Assembly: GCA_963665235.2 (NCBI GenBank)
Contig: CAXXLX010000001.1
Coordinates: 3,456,001-3,520,000 of the forward strand
From: Candidatus Poribacteria bacterium
Lineage (GTDB): Bacteria; Poribacteria; WGA-4E; WGA-3G
Direction: 5' to 3'
Length of the DNA stretch: 64,000 bases
A program made the position numbers and the translations under genes. Shown one piece after another: positions 27,352-37,524 of the stretch (the first letter of the stretch is position 1; each line of letters starts with the position of its first letter). The notes under the pieces are model-generated. The model saw nothing but the letters and a program-made list of their open reading frames with translations, ran no database searches and had not been told where the DNA came from.

Positions 27352-29277
27352 TCAATGCCACACAATGTATGTTGGCATTTCCAGGACCAACCCGATTAAA
27401 CTCCACACACATCCAAGCGTATAATCTCCCAAAATTAACCCCAAAAAGAACGGCACTGCTTGACGATAGAGTTTTACACCGCCAACCTTCAGCACAATCG
27501 CTTTCGCCAACCAACTGAGAAAGATGGGAAACCACAAACCGCCTATCCCTGTGCCACTTACTAACACATAACCGCCCGGATGCAAAGGCCACCAAAGAAA
27601 CCGGATTTTCATAATCATCAAACCTATTGTAAATAGGAAACTGCTGCCGATAACACCAAGTTCGGGAAAACCTGTTTCTCGTGGTGTGATGAGCCATCTT
27701 TGTAGACGATTGAACGTCTCCCATCCCATATAGACAATCCAGCCGCGTGCCTTGTTCCCCGCCCCCATATCGTAAAGGACGTGCAGGTATGCCCAGAACG
27801 TTATCAGAATACCGAATACAATTGCCAAAATCATCCCGATAAGCAGCTGCCTGTATCCGATGCGACTCCGCTCTGCCAGACGAAATGCTTCTAATTCACT
27901 CGGTGTTGGGTGTGCGCGGAAACAACGCACAAACGGATAGAGAAACGTTAATCCTGTCAGATTGCCTGCACCGAGCCGTCGCGTGCCTAACGCCAAAACC
28001 ATAGTTCGCCCCGGGTCAACAAGGATAAGCTGATGAAGTGGCGGGCCAATTTCAGCACGCATCCGTGTGATACCGATAATCATCGGGAAATATATGAGAA
28101 AAAAGAGCCCTATCGCCCAAAACGTCATTCCCATCTGATGGCAGAAAAAGAATAGAAAGAGCAGCCCGACGGTGAACAATCCCGCCGCGGTTCTGTAGCG
28201 CATCGGTTCACCGGAGTCGTCGGGCGCGGATGTGCCGCGCTGTGGCGCGATGCCAAAAACTTTACGGATAATGCGTCCGTAATGCCGCCGTCCCATCCAC
28301 AACGGAATCAGTCCGAACGCAATCCAGGCACCTGTCTGCTGTTCAAGAGCGTAGATGTTTCTTGCACCGAAAGCATCTGTAACAATCAGTTGGATTCGGC
28401 TGAGCAGCCAGAAAAACCAACACGAAAAGGACAAATCCAGCGGTGTAAAAAACATCAATCCGATGCTGAACGGATAGAATGAGATACGAATCGGGCCCAT
28501 CGCGCTCCACGGTTTTGAATTGAATTGCCCGATTGTTTTTCCCTTAAGCGGTAAGGCGGGAATCTCCGGAAATAGATAGCTGAACCCGTTCAGTAATTCT
28601 GCTGCACCTGCAAGCGCGAACCCTAACCACATCCACGGTGAGGTAAAGAAACGTTTCGGATTGCTTGTTAAAGCCAACGGGAGTTGGACAATCGGATAGT
28701 TTAGCCGTTCGTTTTCTGTCCACTGCTTTCGAAGAAAAACGGTTACCGCTAATAACGTCAACCACAGTGCAATCACGAAGGCGGACCAGGTGAGAACAGG
28801 CAGTAGCCATGCGTTTAGCGTCCCAGCGGTGTAGAGGGTAGAGTCGCCTTCATAGAAACCTGCCAGCACACGGGTATCCTTGACAGCGAGCCAGGTTGGC
28901 ATGTGATGTCCAAAAAGCGGAATCCATTCGTTTTCAGCGGATGCGAATTGGAAAACATGCGCGAGGGCAGGAATGAGATACCCCATCATTGTATGGCCGC
29001 TGATAGTTGTTAGCATCACAACCATCACATAGAGGGTCTGTAAATCTGCTTGCGACATCGCCAGACGGGACGCAAATCGCTGCAGCAGGAGATTGATAAG
29101 AACGAGAACGAAAAGCGTGAAAACTGCGTTAAAGAACAGTGAAGCGATTGTCAATTGTGTTGAATGCCATACCTCGCTTCCCATCAGACACCAGTAGCTA
29201 TTGAAAGCGACTAGTGCTAATCCGATTAGCAGGATATGCGGTTTGACCTTTTTCCGATTTTCATTGTCCATTCCCAC
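27352..29277 (-). CDS. Polytopic membrane protein, DUF6785/DUF6784-like putative transporter
   Basis: RKQWTENERLNYPIVQLP, RMRAEIG, WWPLHPGGY, PFFLGLILGD. Confidence 0.7.
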   Translation of the reverse strand: MGMDNENRKKVKPHILLIGLALVAFNSYWCLMGSEVWHSTQLTIASLFFNAVFTLFVLVLINLLLQRFASRLAMSQADLQTLYVMVVMLTTISGHTMMGYLIPALAHVFQFASAENEWIPLFGHHMPTWLAVKDTRVLAGFYEGDSTLYTAGTLNAWLLPVLTWSAFVIALWLTLLAVTVFLRKQWTENERLNYPIVQLPLALTSNPKRFFTSPWMWLGFALAGAAELLNGFSYLFPEIPALPLKGKTIGQFNSKPWSAMGPIRISFYPFSIGLMFFTPLDLSFSCWFFWLLSRIQLIVTDAFGARNIYALEQQTGAWIAFGLIPLWMGRRHYGRIIRKVFGIAPQRGTSAPDDSGEPMRYRTAAGLFTVGLLFLFFFCHQMGMTFWAIGLFFLIYFPMIIGITRMRAEIGPPLHQLILVDPGRTMVLALGTRRLGAGNLTGLTFLYPFVRCFRAHPTPSELEAFRLAERSRIGYRQLLIGMILAIVFGILITFWAYLHVLYDMGAGNKARGWIVYMGWETFNRLQRWLITPRETGFPELGVIGSSFLFTIGLMIMKIRFLWWPLHPGGYVLVSGTGIGGLWFPIFLSWLAKAIVLKVGGVKLYRQAVPFFLGLILGDYTLGCVWSLIGLVLEMPTYIVWH

Positions 29278-30001
29278 ACCTGCTGATGTGCTGTAGTGCT
29301 TTCTGTAAAACCGCCTTGTTGCTATAGTGTGACAACGTGTTTTGTGCTGCCGTATCCCCTGCTACAGCTTTAATTGCTTCATACAACAGTGGTAATGCCC
29401 GTACAACGTTGTCTACGATGGTGATGTTTGCGTGTTCTGCTGTCCGGGACATCGGATTCAGGTCGATGGTTACCACCGCTTTGCCCATCTTCCGAAGAGC
29501 CTCACACCGGTCGCCATCTTCGAGCGGTACGAAGACGACATCCGCTTTAAAGATGCCCTCCGGATTCACAAACTTCCGATTGGAGTCGATATAGGAGAGC
29601 TGCGCTTCGGCTGTAGGCATAAGCACATCTGGAGCACCGTGCTGTAGGAGATGCGTTCGGATTTTCTGTTCCCGTCCTGTTTCTGTGTGAAAGATGTTCA
29701 CCTCCAGCGGTGCGTTCAGGATGCGTCCCAATTCAATGAGCGCGTCTGGCACTAACGCCGCCACATTTCCATTGACAGAGATAATCGGATGTTTGGCGAG
29801 ATGGAGCATCGCTGCAGCAGCATAAATCGCCTCGGTTGCAAACGGTTGTGTTGTCTCTCCGATAAGGTAATCGAAGGCCTCCCCGCGTCCGTGCGCGATG
29901 AGACCGTGGATGGAGGTAATGCCTCGCTGGACACCTTCGACAATCTTGTCACGCAATGTCAGAGAGAGGTAGCGGGGGTGAGTTTTGGGAACGTCGCTCA
30001 A
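29261..30001 (-). CDS. 4-phosphopantoate--beta-alanine ligase (archaeal-type phosphopantothenate synthetase)
   Basis: PKTHPRYLSL, GLIAHGRGEAFDYLIGE, SVNGN, VPLEDGDR, IDLNPMSRT; TTG start with GAGGTG RBS. Confidence 0.88.
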   Translation of the reverse strand: MSDVPKTHPRYLSLTLRDKIVEGVQRGITSIHGLIAHGRGEAFDYLIGETTQPFATEAIYAAAAMLHLAKHPIISVNGNVAALVPDALIELGRILNAPLEVNIFHTETGREQKIRTHLLQHGAPDVLMPTAEAQLSYIDSNRKFVNPEGIFKADVVFVPLEDGDRCEALRKMGKAVVTIDLNPMSRTAEHANITIVDNVVRALPLLYEAIKAVAGDTAAQNTLSHYSNKAVLQKALQHISRCGNGQ

Positions 30002-30143
30002 TTGTGTAACACCTCAGCGCAAGTTTACGTCTATTATACAAGGTTTTGGATACGTTTTCAAGCCCCGCGGAATGAAATTTGATTCTTAACCCGAATTCTG
30101 CTATAATAAAATAGAAATTTTGATATAGGAGTGGCGATGAACG

Positions 30144-31679
30144 ATGACACCTCCACTGCTTGATATGCAGGCAATTACTAAAGATTTTCCCGGGGTCCGC
30201 GCCCTGGACAACGTGTCGTTTGGGGTACGTTCCGGTGAGATTCATGCTCTGTGTGGAGAAAATGGGGCGGGCAAATCGACGTTGATTAAAATTCTCGGGG
30301 GTGTCCATCCATACAACACTTACGAGGGACAGCTGCGAATTGAGGGTGTCGAAAAACGGTTCCATAACGTGCGCGATGCAGAACGCGCCGGTATTGCTAT
30401 TATTCATCAGGAGTTGGCACTGATTCCGGAGATGACCGTCGCTGAAAATATCTATCTCGGTCAAGAGCCTCAACAATTCGGTATTATTGACAGGCACCGT
30501 TTGTATCGGGACGCAGCTGAACTCCTCTCGCAGTTTGGATTGGATATTCCGCTGCAATCGCCTGTCCATGAACTCGGTATTGGGCAGCAGCAGTTGGTGG
30601 AAATTGCCAAGGCTTTATCTCGCGATGCACGGTTGCTTGTACTTGACGAACCGACTGCGGCATTGACTGAAAGTGAGGTGGATATCCTTCAACGCATCCT
30701 ACTGCAGCTACGCGGGCAAGGGGTGGCATGTATCTATATCACCCACAAACTCAAGGAGATATTTCAAATTGCTGACCGGGTGACGGTCCTACGCGATGGC
30801 GAAACAGTTGCGACGCAATCAATTGATGAATGCACCGAGGCAGTCTTAATTTCACAGATGGTCGGTAGAGAGCTCACCGCACGCTTTCCAAATCGTGAGG
30901 GTAAATCTTCGCTTGTTTCGGAACAAAAGGTTGCCTTACGGGTACAGAATTTAAGCACCTATTCCTCGAAACCCCCGCGGCTTGAAGGAATTACATTTGA
31001 GGTGAGATGCGGCGAAATCCTTGGGCTTGCCGGACTTATGGGAGCAGGAAGAACTGAACTGATTAACGTCATTTTTGGGGCGTACCAGGGGAAATGGAGC
31101 GGGCGGGTCTTTAGAGATGACAAACCTGTTCAGATTCGGTCCCCGCGCGATGCAATACGGCACGGAATGGCACTCGTCAGCGAAGACAGGAAACGATATG
31201 GGCTCATCTTGGATACCGATGTCGTTCGCAACATGACGCTTGTGAACCTCGGTTCATCGAAAGAAATGGTGTCGCACGGTGTTATTGACCGTAAGGTGGA
31301 ATTTCAGAAAAGTGAACATTATGTGGATATGCTTCGAATCAAGGCGGCTTCGTTAGACGCTTCTACGCGTCAACTCAGTGGGGGCAATCAGCAGAAAGTC
31401 GTTTTAGGCAAATGGTTGATGATACATCCGATGGTCCTCTTCCTTGATGAACCCACACGTGGGATTGATGTCGGTGCGAAGGTGGAGATACACACTCTGA
31501 CAGCACAACTCGCTGACCAAGGCGTTGCCGTTGTGCTTGTCTCATCTGAACTGCCCGAAATCCTGGGGATGAGCGACCGAATCTTAGTACTACACGAAGG
31601 CAAAATTACGGGAGAATTTGTGAACGAAAATGTGACGCAGGAGGATATCTTGCGATGCGCAGCGGGAGCGAAAACGTAA
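30144..31679 (+). CDS. Monosaccharide ABC transporter tandem ATPase (XylG/RbsA-like)
   Basis: GENGAGKS, LDEPT, EDRK, LSGGNQQK, GIDVGAK. Confidence 0.92.
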   Translation: MTPPLLDMQAITKDFPGVRALDNVSFGVRSGEIHALCGENGAGKSTLIKILGGVHPYNTYEGQLRIEGVEKRFHNVRDAERAGIAIIHQELALIPEMTVAENIYLGQEPQQFGIIDRHRLYRDAAELLSQFGLDIPLQSPVHELGIGQQQLVEIAKALSRDARLLVLDEPTAALTESEVDILQRILLQLRGQGVACIYITHKLKEIFQIADRVTVLRDGETVATQSIDECTEAVLISQMVGRELTARFPNREGKSSLVSEQKVALRVQNLSTYSSKPPRLEGITFEVRCGEILGLAGLMGAGRTELINVIFGAYQGKWSGRVFRDDKPVQIRSPRDAIRHGMALVSEDRKRYGLILDTDVVRNMTLVNLGSSKEMVSHGVIDRKVEFQKSEHYVDMLRIKAASLDASTRQLSGGNQQKVVLGKWLMIHPMVLFLDEPTRGIDVGAKVEIHTLTAQLADQGVAVVLVSSELPEILGMSDRILVLHEGKITGEFVNENVTQEDILRCAAGAKT

Positions 31680-31683
31680 CGTC

Positions 31684-32115
31684 ATGGAAAAAACATTTAA
31701 AACAGAGAACCCAGCGGAAACACAAGCACTCGGTGAACAGCTCGGCAAAACGCTTAAACCGGGCGATGTTATCGCGCTGATTGGCGACCTTGGTACCGGA
31801 AAAACATGCTTAACACAAGGCATCGCGCGCGGCATCGGTATCGCCCCAGGGGAGGTTGTCAGCAGCCCCTCCTATATTCTCATTAACGAATATAACGGAA
31901 CAATCCCTATCTATCACATCGATCTGTATCGACTTGAAACTGCTGAGGAGATTGCCGAACTCGGCATAATTGAATATGTGACAGGCGATGGCGTATGTAT
32001 CATTGAGTGGGCTGAACGGATGAAAGACGCACTGCCTAAGACATCTATCAATATTCACATAACATGGGAAGACGAAAATATCAGGACTTTTCGCGTCCAC
32101 CGGAAACAGACGTGA
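31684..32115 (+). CDS. tsaE: tRNA threonylcarbamoyladenosine biosynthesis ATPase
   Basis: GDLGTGKT, VSSPSY, YHIDLYRL, IIEW. Confidence 0.93.
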   Translation: MEKTFKTENPAETQALGEQLGKTLKPGDVIALIGDLGTGKTCLTQGIARGIGIAPGEVVSSPSYILINEYNGTIPIYHIDLYRLETAEEIAELGIIEYVTGDGVCIIEWAERMKDALPKTSINIHITWEDENIRTFRVHRKQT

Positions 32116-32155
32116 AAAGGCAGCGATTTGTGTACAAGCAATTTTTGGTGACGTT

Positions 32156-33187
32156 ATGAACGACGGAGAAAAAGGCAAATTGGTGAGCCCTCCGCAGGGC
32201 ATGCAGGTAGGTCAAGGGGCTGCGAATCAGGCATCTCAACTGTTTGGAGAGGGTATCGGCAACACCCGTGAATGGGTAGAAATTCACCGCACCGCGGATG
32301 ACTGGGAGGTGAAACTTGTTCAGGCTACGTTGGGCGCGCAGCAGATTAGGTGTCGTCCGGTGCAGCTAAAAAAGGAACGTCAAACCGCACTTTTAGTGGC
32401 ACCTGAACATGAGGTCGCTGCTCTGGAATTGGTGAGCCGCATCGACGTTGCTATTGCGGATAATGAGATGACGGCACAATTTGAGGAGGAGGCGGAAGCA
32501 CTTAAACAACGCGACCTCGCTGCTGTTGACGCAGCTGATAACCAACAAGCTGTGGATACAGATTCAGGAGAGATGATGCTTGTGGAACAGGAGGATATTG
32601 GTAGCGTTGTCTATGTTGCCGGACAGGGATACGAACTTCGCGTCGGGCCGGAACCCTACATCACCGTGGCGGAGAGCGACTGGGAGGAATTCACAGATTT
32701 TAGCGCACAACGGCAGGAGTTTTTTATCCTGCTCCGACATGAATACCCGACGCTTTTCGAGTGGCTCCAGCAGGAAAAACTTGTCGCAAAATTCATCCGG
32801 CTCATTGAGATGACGTATCAGGATGGGGCTCCTACACCCCCCCGCTCCTACAGTGACGTGTCCGATGCTGAAGAATTGCCGGCAATCCCTTACAACCTGT
32901 TTGCACAATTGAGTTTGGCTATTGCGGTTGTTTCGTTTATCGTTGTGCTTTTTCAGGTGTCGTGGTATGTAAATCTTGTGTTGGCTGGGGGTGCTGTGGT
33001 CTTGGCGATTGTTGCCAAATATCAAATCGATGCAAGTGAGGAGGAATCTACCGGGATTCCGATGGCACTGTGCGCGATTGTGTTTGCATGTTTGGTGGTT
33101 GTGTTTGCGTGGTGGCTTGCGCAGCGTCCCCCGCCTGTGGAGGAGCCCCAGAAACCGCCTGTAGGCGAGATGGTTAGGAATCGGTGA
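32156..33187 (+). CDS. Hypothetical membrane protein
   Basis: Acidic soluble N-terminus and three C-terminal hydrophobic segments. Confidence 0.65.
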   Translation: MNDGEKGKLVSPPQGMQVGQGAANQASQLFGEGIGNTREWVEIHRTADDWEVKLVQATLGAQQIRCRPVQLKKERQTALLVAPEHEVAALELVSRIDVAIADNEMTAQFEEEAEALKQRDLAAVDAADNQQAVDTDSGEMMLVEQEDIGSVVYVAGQGYELRVGPEPYITVAESDWEEFTDFSAQRQEFFILLRHEYPTLFEWLQQEKLVAKFIRLIEMTYQDGAPTPPRSYSDVSDAEELPAIPYNLFAQLSLAIAVVSFIVVLFQVSWYVNLVLAGGAVVLAIVAKYQIDASEEESTGIPMALCAIVFACLVVVFAWWLAQRPPPVEEPQKPPVGEMVRNR

Positions 33188-33205
33188 AGGAGCACAACGA
33201 GAAAT

Positions 33206-33413
33206 GTCAATAACCCCCCGCTAAAGCATGGGGGCTTGTGCGAACCGCCTGCCAAGCGGTCACTCCACAAGTTAAACCGTTGACTACAGTAATATATCGG
33301 GTATTCTTAGCGTGGCAGCTAACAAGATGTTTCAGATGCTCCCCAAGTCTGAATCCCCTCTGAATACCTGATCTGGATGGGGAAACATATACCCGAAAGG
33401 AGAAAACAAACTT
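33206..33413 (+). ncRNA. Omega RNA scaffold of IsrB
   Basis: About 200-nt structured leader GTCAA...GTTGAC closing stem, CAGATGCTCCCCAAGTCTG, directly upstream of the RRXRR ORF. Confidence 0.7.
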
Positions 33414-34472
33414 ATGTTTGTGCCAGTCAAAACGAAAGAGGGTGAACGATTGAGGTTTCCGATGCATGCTGCACGTGCAAGGAAACTTGTCAAACGCGGT
33501 GAAGCAACGCCTTATTGGAACAACGGTGTCTATTGTGTCCGTCTCAACAAAGAACCGAGTGACCGTGAGAAACAAGACATCGTAGTCGGTGTGGATCCTG
33601 GCTCTAAGAAAGAGGGTTTCACCGTAAAATCTAAGCGTCACACGTATCTGAACGTGCAGGTTTCCGATGCACATAGCAAAGTCGGCAAGAAGGTTGAGAA
33701 AAGACGTGAGTTGAGGCGTAGCCGCAGAGCGCGTAAATGTCCAAATCGGAAGAACCGCAAGAATAAAGGTGCTAACAAAAAGAAGATTCCCGCAGGCACG
33801 CGTGCCCGTTGGGATTGGAAACTGCGGATATTAGATTGGTTGTCTAACCTCTATCCTGTTACACACGTCTGTGTTGAGGATATTAAGGCGCGGACAAAAC
33901 AGTATCAAAAGCGGTGGAATCAGGCCTTTAGTCCTTTGGAAGTCGGAAAGCATTGGTTCTATTCAGAGGTAGAAAAGCGATGGGAACTCCTAACATTACA
34001 AGGGTTTGAAACCAAAGAGATACGCGAGCGTCTTGGTCTCAACAAGTCGTCAAAGAAGTTAGCTGAAACCTTTGAGGCACATTGCGTTGATAGCTGGTGC
34101 TTGGCATATCACACCATTGGCGGTTTAGAGATACCCGACAATACCGATATATTCTGTATCTCACCAATACCGATACGCAGGCGACAACTCCACAGACAAA
34201 ATCCGCAGAAAGGTGGCAATCGGCCGCGATATGGTGGCACCTTATTAGGCGATGGACTTGTTAAAAGCACATTGATAAAGCACGACAAATATGGACTCAC
34301 ACGTCCGAGGTCCCACCGAGGACATCCTATTGCGGGTGTTAATGCGAAAGGCCTATTCTCTGTCTATTCAAAAGATGGACAACGGTTAACAACGGGTGCG
34401 AAACGCACAGATTTTCAAGTGCTAACACGCTTGAACTTTCAATATAGGAGCGGTGTTTCCTCCCCCGCATAA
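33414..34472 (+). CDS. isrB: IsrB RNA-guided nickase (RRXRR/PLMP, split RuvC, no HNH)
   Basis: 352 aa; RFPMHAARARKL, VGVDPGSK, RRELRRSRRARK, CVEDI, AHCVDSW; no CxxC/HNH segment. Confidence 0.82.
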   Translation: MFVPVKTKEGERLRFPMHAARARKLVKRGEATPYWNNGVYCVRLNKEPSDREKQDIVVGVDPGSKKEGFTVKSKRHTYLNVQVSDAHSKVGKKVEKRRELRRSRRARKCPNRKNRKNKGANKKKIPAGTRARWDWKLRILDWLSNLYPVTHVCVEDIKARTKQYQKRWNQAFSPLEVGKHWFYSEVEKRWELLTLQGFETKEIRERLGLNKSSKKLAETFEAHCVDSWCLAYHTIGGLEIPDNTDIFCISPIPIRRRQLHRQNPQKGGNRPRYGGTLLGDGLVKSTLIKHDKYGLTRPRSHRGHPIAGVNAKGLFSVYSKDGQRLTTGAKRTDFQVLTRLNFQYRSGVSSPA

Positions 34473-34598
34473 ATGCTGGGGGTCTCCACACCGAATATTT
34501 TGATGATAGAGGGAAGGATGGATTTGGCGTGTGTTGTCTGAATCGCGGATTACACAGAGGACACGAAGAACGCGGAAAAAGAGGGGTTTGGGTAAAAT

Positions 34599-34675
34599 CT
34601 ATAAACATATCGCCCCGCTGGGGCTATTTTGTGTTTTGTTTGCGTTTTCTATAAACATTCCGCCCCGCTGGGGCT
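34599..34675 (+). repeat. Repeat family C doublet (50-bp period)
   Basis: CTATAAACATwyCGCCCCGCTGGGGCT x2. Confidence 0.85.
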
Positions 34676-34710
34676 GCGCTTTGGCACATCCTACGGTTAT
34701 TTTCCTAAGC

Positions 34711-34824
34711 TAGGACGGACGCGGCACGTTGATAAACCCTTACGATAATGGGATTTAGAGGGGACTTAGCGGGCGAGGGGACCTCGCCCCTACGGGGGTA
34801 TCGCCTAAATTTGCGTAAGTCCTG
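34711..34824. mobile_element. MITE-B copy with degenerate left TIR
   Basis: TAGGACGGACGCG...GCGGGCGAGGGGACCTCGCCCCTAC...TTGCGTAAGTCCTG. Confidence 0.75.
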
Positions 34825-34868
34825 AGCAGGAAAAAACAAGGGCAGCGTATTGAAAAGGACTTTTGCTG

Positions 34869-35555
34869 ATGTCTACATGTCTCACTGTTTTTGCTAAAAA
34901 TCCGATGCCGAACCGGGTTAAGACACGGCTCACGCCGATGCTTTCACCGGAACAGGCGGCGGCACTATACACTGCGTTCCTCACGGATTGGTGCGAAACA
35001 CTTAGGGAACTCCCCGATGTGACCCTGGTCATTGCATATACGCCACTAGATGCACAACCCGATTTACAAGCACTTATCGGAGAGTACGCTGTTTATATTC
35101 CGCAAATGGGGACGGACCTCGGCGCGAGGCTTGTCTCCGCAACGCAGTGGGCAGCTGAATACGGATATGAAAAGATTCTAATAGTCGGTTCCGATAGTCC
35201 AACACTCCCGCTTGCCTACATTTCTCAGGCGATTGCGGGGCTTGACGCTTGCGATGTTGTCATCGGGCCGAGTGTAGATGGGGGATATTATCTTATCGGT
35301 TTTTCTGCAGCAAACCTCACTCGGGTGGTGCCACACATCTTTGAGGATATTGCATGGAGTACGCCGCAGGTTTTTCAACAGACAATTGCGCGTATCGGTT
35401 CGATAGAGGCATCGTTCGGACTTCTACCGCCTTGGTATGACGTAGATACGCCTGAGGATTTGGTGTTTTTACAGGCGCACCTCTCGGCGATGCAGCTTGC
35501 AGGAGATACGGTACAAGCAGTTAGAACAGAAAAATTATTGACAGAATTGCTATAG
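34869..35555 (+). CDS. DUF2064/TIGR04282-like glycosyltransferase-fold protein
   Basis: FAKNP..RVKTRL, DLGARL, VGSDSPTL, GPSVDGGYYLIG, DVDTPEDL. Confidence 0.85.
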   Translation: MSTCLTVFAKNPMPNRVKTRLTPMLSPEQAAALYTAFLTDWCETLRELPDVTLVIAYTPLDAQPDLQALIGEYAVYIPQMGTDLGARLVSATQWAAEYGYEKILIVGSDSPTLPLAYISQAIAGLDACDVVIGPSVDGGYYLIGFSAANLTRVVPHIFEDIAWSTPQVFQQTIARIGSIEASFGLLPPWYDVDTPEDLVFLQAHLSAMQLAGDTVQAVRTEKLLTELL

Positions 35556-35567
35556 GGAGAATTCATA

Positions 35568-36299
35568 ATGGCACAATTAGATGGAAAGGTTGCAATTGTA
35601 ACCGGTGGAAACAGAGGTATCGGGAAAGGAATTGCGAAGGGGCTCGCTGCGGAGGGCGCGAGTTTGACTATCGCCGCACGGGATGCCGAACTACTTACGC
35701 AAACGGCTGATGAACTACGCGAAGCAGGCGCGAAAGTGCTCGCGGTGCCAACCGATGTTACGGATGAGGCACAGATTAAAGCCCTCTTCGAAAAGGCGAT
35801 GGCACAATATAAACGTTTGGATATCCTTGTAAACAATGCCGGGGCGTTCGATGGCGGCCCAATAGATGAACTTTCAACGGAGGCGTGGGACAAGGTTATC
35901 AGTGTAAACCTTCGCGCGCCGTTTCTCTGCTCGCGTGAGGCGATGCGGATTATGAAAGCACAAGGGGAAGGCGGACGTATTATCAATATCGGCAGCATCT
36001 CTGCACACCGTGTTCGTCCGAACAGCGCGCCTTACAGCTCAAGTAAATTCGGAATATGGGGATTGACACACGTGACAGCATTGGAGGGGAGACCCCACGG
36101 TATCACGGCGAGCTGTTTGCAGCCCGGCAATACGTATGTTGAACGGATTCAGAACCGTCCACAGCCTCCATCGGAACCGATGATGGATGTGGACGCGCTT
36201 GCACAAGCCGCGGTGCTCATGGCGACCCTTCCGCCTAATATCAATATGTTGGAGGCGACAGTGCTGCCGGTGGAGCAGCTCTATATCGGGCGTGGTTAG
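35568..36299 (+). CDS. SDR family oxidoreductase
   Basis: TGGNRGIG, NNAG, YSSSK. Confidence 0.93.
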   Translation: MAQLDGKVAIVTGGNRGIGKGIAKGLAAEGASLTIAARDAELLTQTADELREAGAKVLAVPTDVTDEAQIKALFEKAMAQYKRLDILVNNAGAFDGGPIDELSTEAWDKVISVNLRAPFLCSREAMRIMKAQGEGGRIINIGSISAHRVRPNSAPYSSSKFGIWGLTHVTALEGRPHGITASCLQPGNTYVERIQNRPQPPSEPMMDVDALAQAAVLMATLPPNINMLEATVLPVEQLYIGRG

Positions 36300-36575
36300 T
36301 CAATCGCGATGCCTATAATCGCAAGCCTAGCATTCCACTGAGGTAGAAGTGCGCCTCTTCGGTATAACGGGGCAGATTTTCCGGGGCTTCCACCTCTAAC
36401 TCTAAGGTTAGGTCGCCTTGGTAGTCTTTTGTCTCTGTAGGCAACTTCCCTTTTAAAAGTTCTATCAGAGGCAGCACCTAAGCAGCACGGTTTATAGCGT
36501 CAAAATCTAAAATAGTGCAGGAAAAACTAATTTTTTTAGAATCTTGCTAATTTTTTTACAATTTTTAGAAAAAAA

Positions 36576-36604
36576 TTGACAAACATGGGATTCTTGTATA
36601 TAAT
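36576..36604 (+). promoter_or_regulatory. Consensus sigma70 promoter
   Basis: TTGACA-N17-TATAAT. Confidence 0.7.
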
Positions 36605-36609
36605 CTATT

Positions 36610-36724
36610 CAGGACTTACGCAGCACGTTGCTAAAGTCCATAGATAATGGGATTTAGAGGTTGACTTAGCGGGCTGGGGGACCCAGCCCCTACGAGCTTA
36701 TGTTCTAAATTTGCGTAAGTCCTG
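36610..36724. mobile_element. MITE-B, complete
   Basis: TIR CAGGACTTACGCA/TGCGTAAGTCCTG, 5-bp TSD CTATT, internal REP GGGCTGGG-GGA-CCCAGCCC-CTAC. Confidence 0.88.
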
Positions 36725-36780
36725 CTATTAAGAAAACGATGTCAACGGCTAAACGTTTTGTATTTTGTCTGCGAAGAAAT

Positions 36781-36809
36781 TTGACATTGTTAGTGATTTA
36801 GGTTATAAT
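36781..36809 (+). promoter_or_regulatory. Consensus sigma70 promoter
   Basis: TTGACA-N17-TATAAT. Confidence 0.7.
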
Positions 36810-37524
36810 TGTTGTGTAAGTTTGGTGGCACAATTGAAAAACCCATGCCACCTGGGAATTTTATTGGGAGTTAAGTAATGCGGAATCGACATACGAATGC
36901 TACAATTCAGAAAACGAACGCTTCCGGTGTCTGCCTCCTGAGCAGATTTTCCCTGATGCGATACCCGTGGCCCCGCTTACCCTCTCGGTTCACAGCATTC
37001 ACCCCCCCCCCTTCTATATTTCACATTTGTTAATTATTTTATGTCACAAGACAGTGTCGGAGGCTTTAAAAGCTGCACTGTCTGTGTGCCCGCGTGTGCT
37101 TCGTCTCGTACGGAGTGTTTCATCGCGGGCTTTTGTTGTTGCATTGGGTTTTTTCGCCAATGCATGTTATCCCTATGCCGCCCGCGTACACGTAAATCGC
37201 GTGCGACTTGGCACCTGGACTTCACATAAGTCCAATTGATTTAATTTTTGATTGACAATTTTATAAGGAAAATGGTAGACTTTATGCTAATGTTGCATGC
37301 AACGTGCGCTAACTTGCCTCTAGAAAAACATTGCTAAACACTTGGAGGTCTATGCGCGACCCCCGTTGAAACGCTAGAACGAGGTCCGGCGCGACACATA
37401 GAACAGTTCACGGTAGAACGGCCTGAGGCAAAAAAGAAACTTGCATTTTGGAAAGCATCAGCTACATCGGCATAAAAGAGCATTTTCCTCTCAACTTCCC
37501 TATACGGGGAAAGGAGAAGTAAGA

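Larger units (their letters stand above)
33206..34502 (+). mobile_element. Non-autonomous IS200/IS605-family element carrying isrB
   Basis: Ends GTCAATAACCCCCCGCTAAAGCATGGGGGCTTG and TCCCCCGCATAAATGCTGGGGGTCTCC hairpins; no tnpA. Confidence 0.8.

Noticed and set aside
33414-34472. IscB or Cas9 call
   Set aside because: No HNH or CxxC segment between RuvC-II and RuvC-III and no CRISPR array; size fits IsrB
37344-37475. Small ORF after a GGAGG RBS at 37352
   Set aside because: Stops after 5 codons as sequenced; a 40-aa product would need an unproven 1-nt deletion
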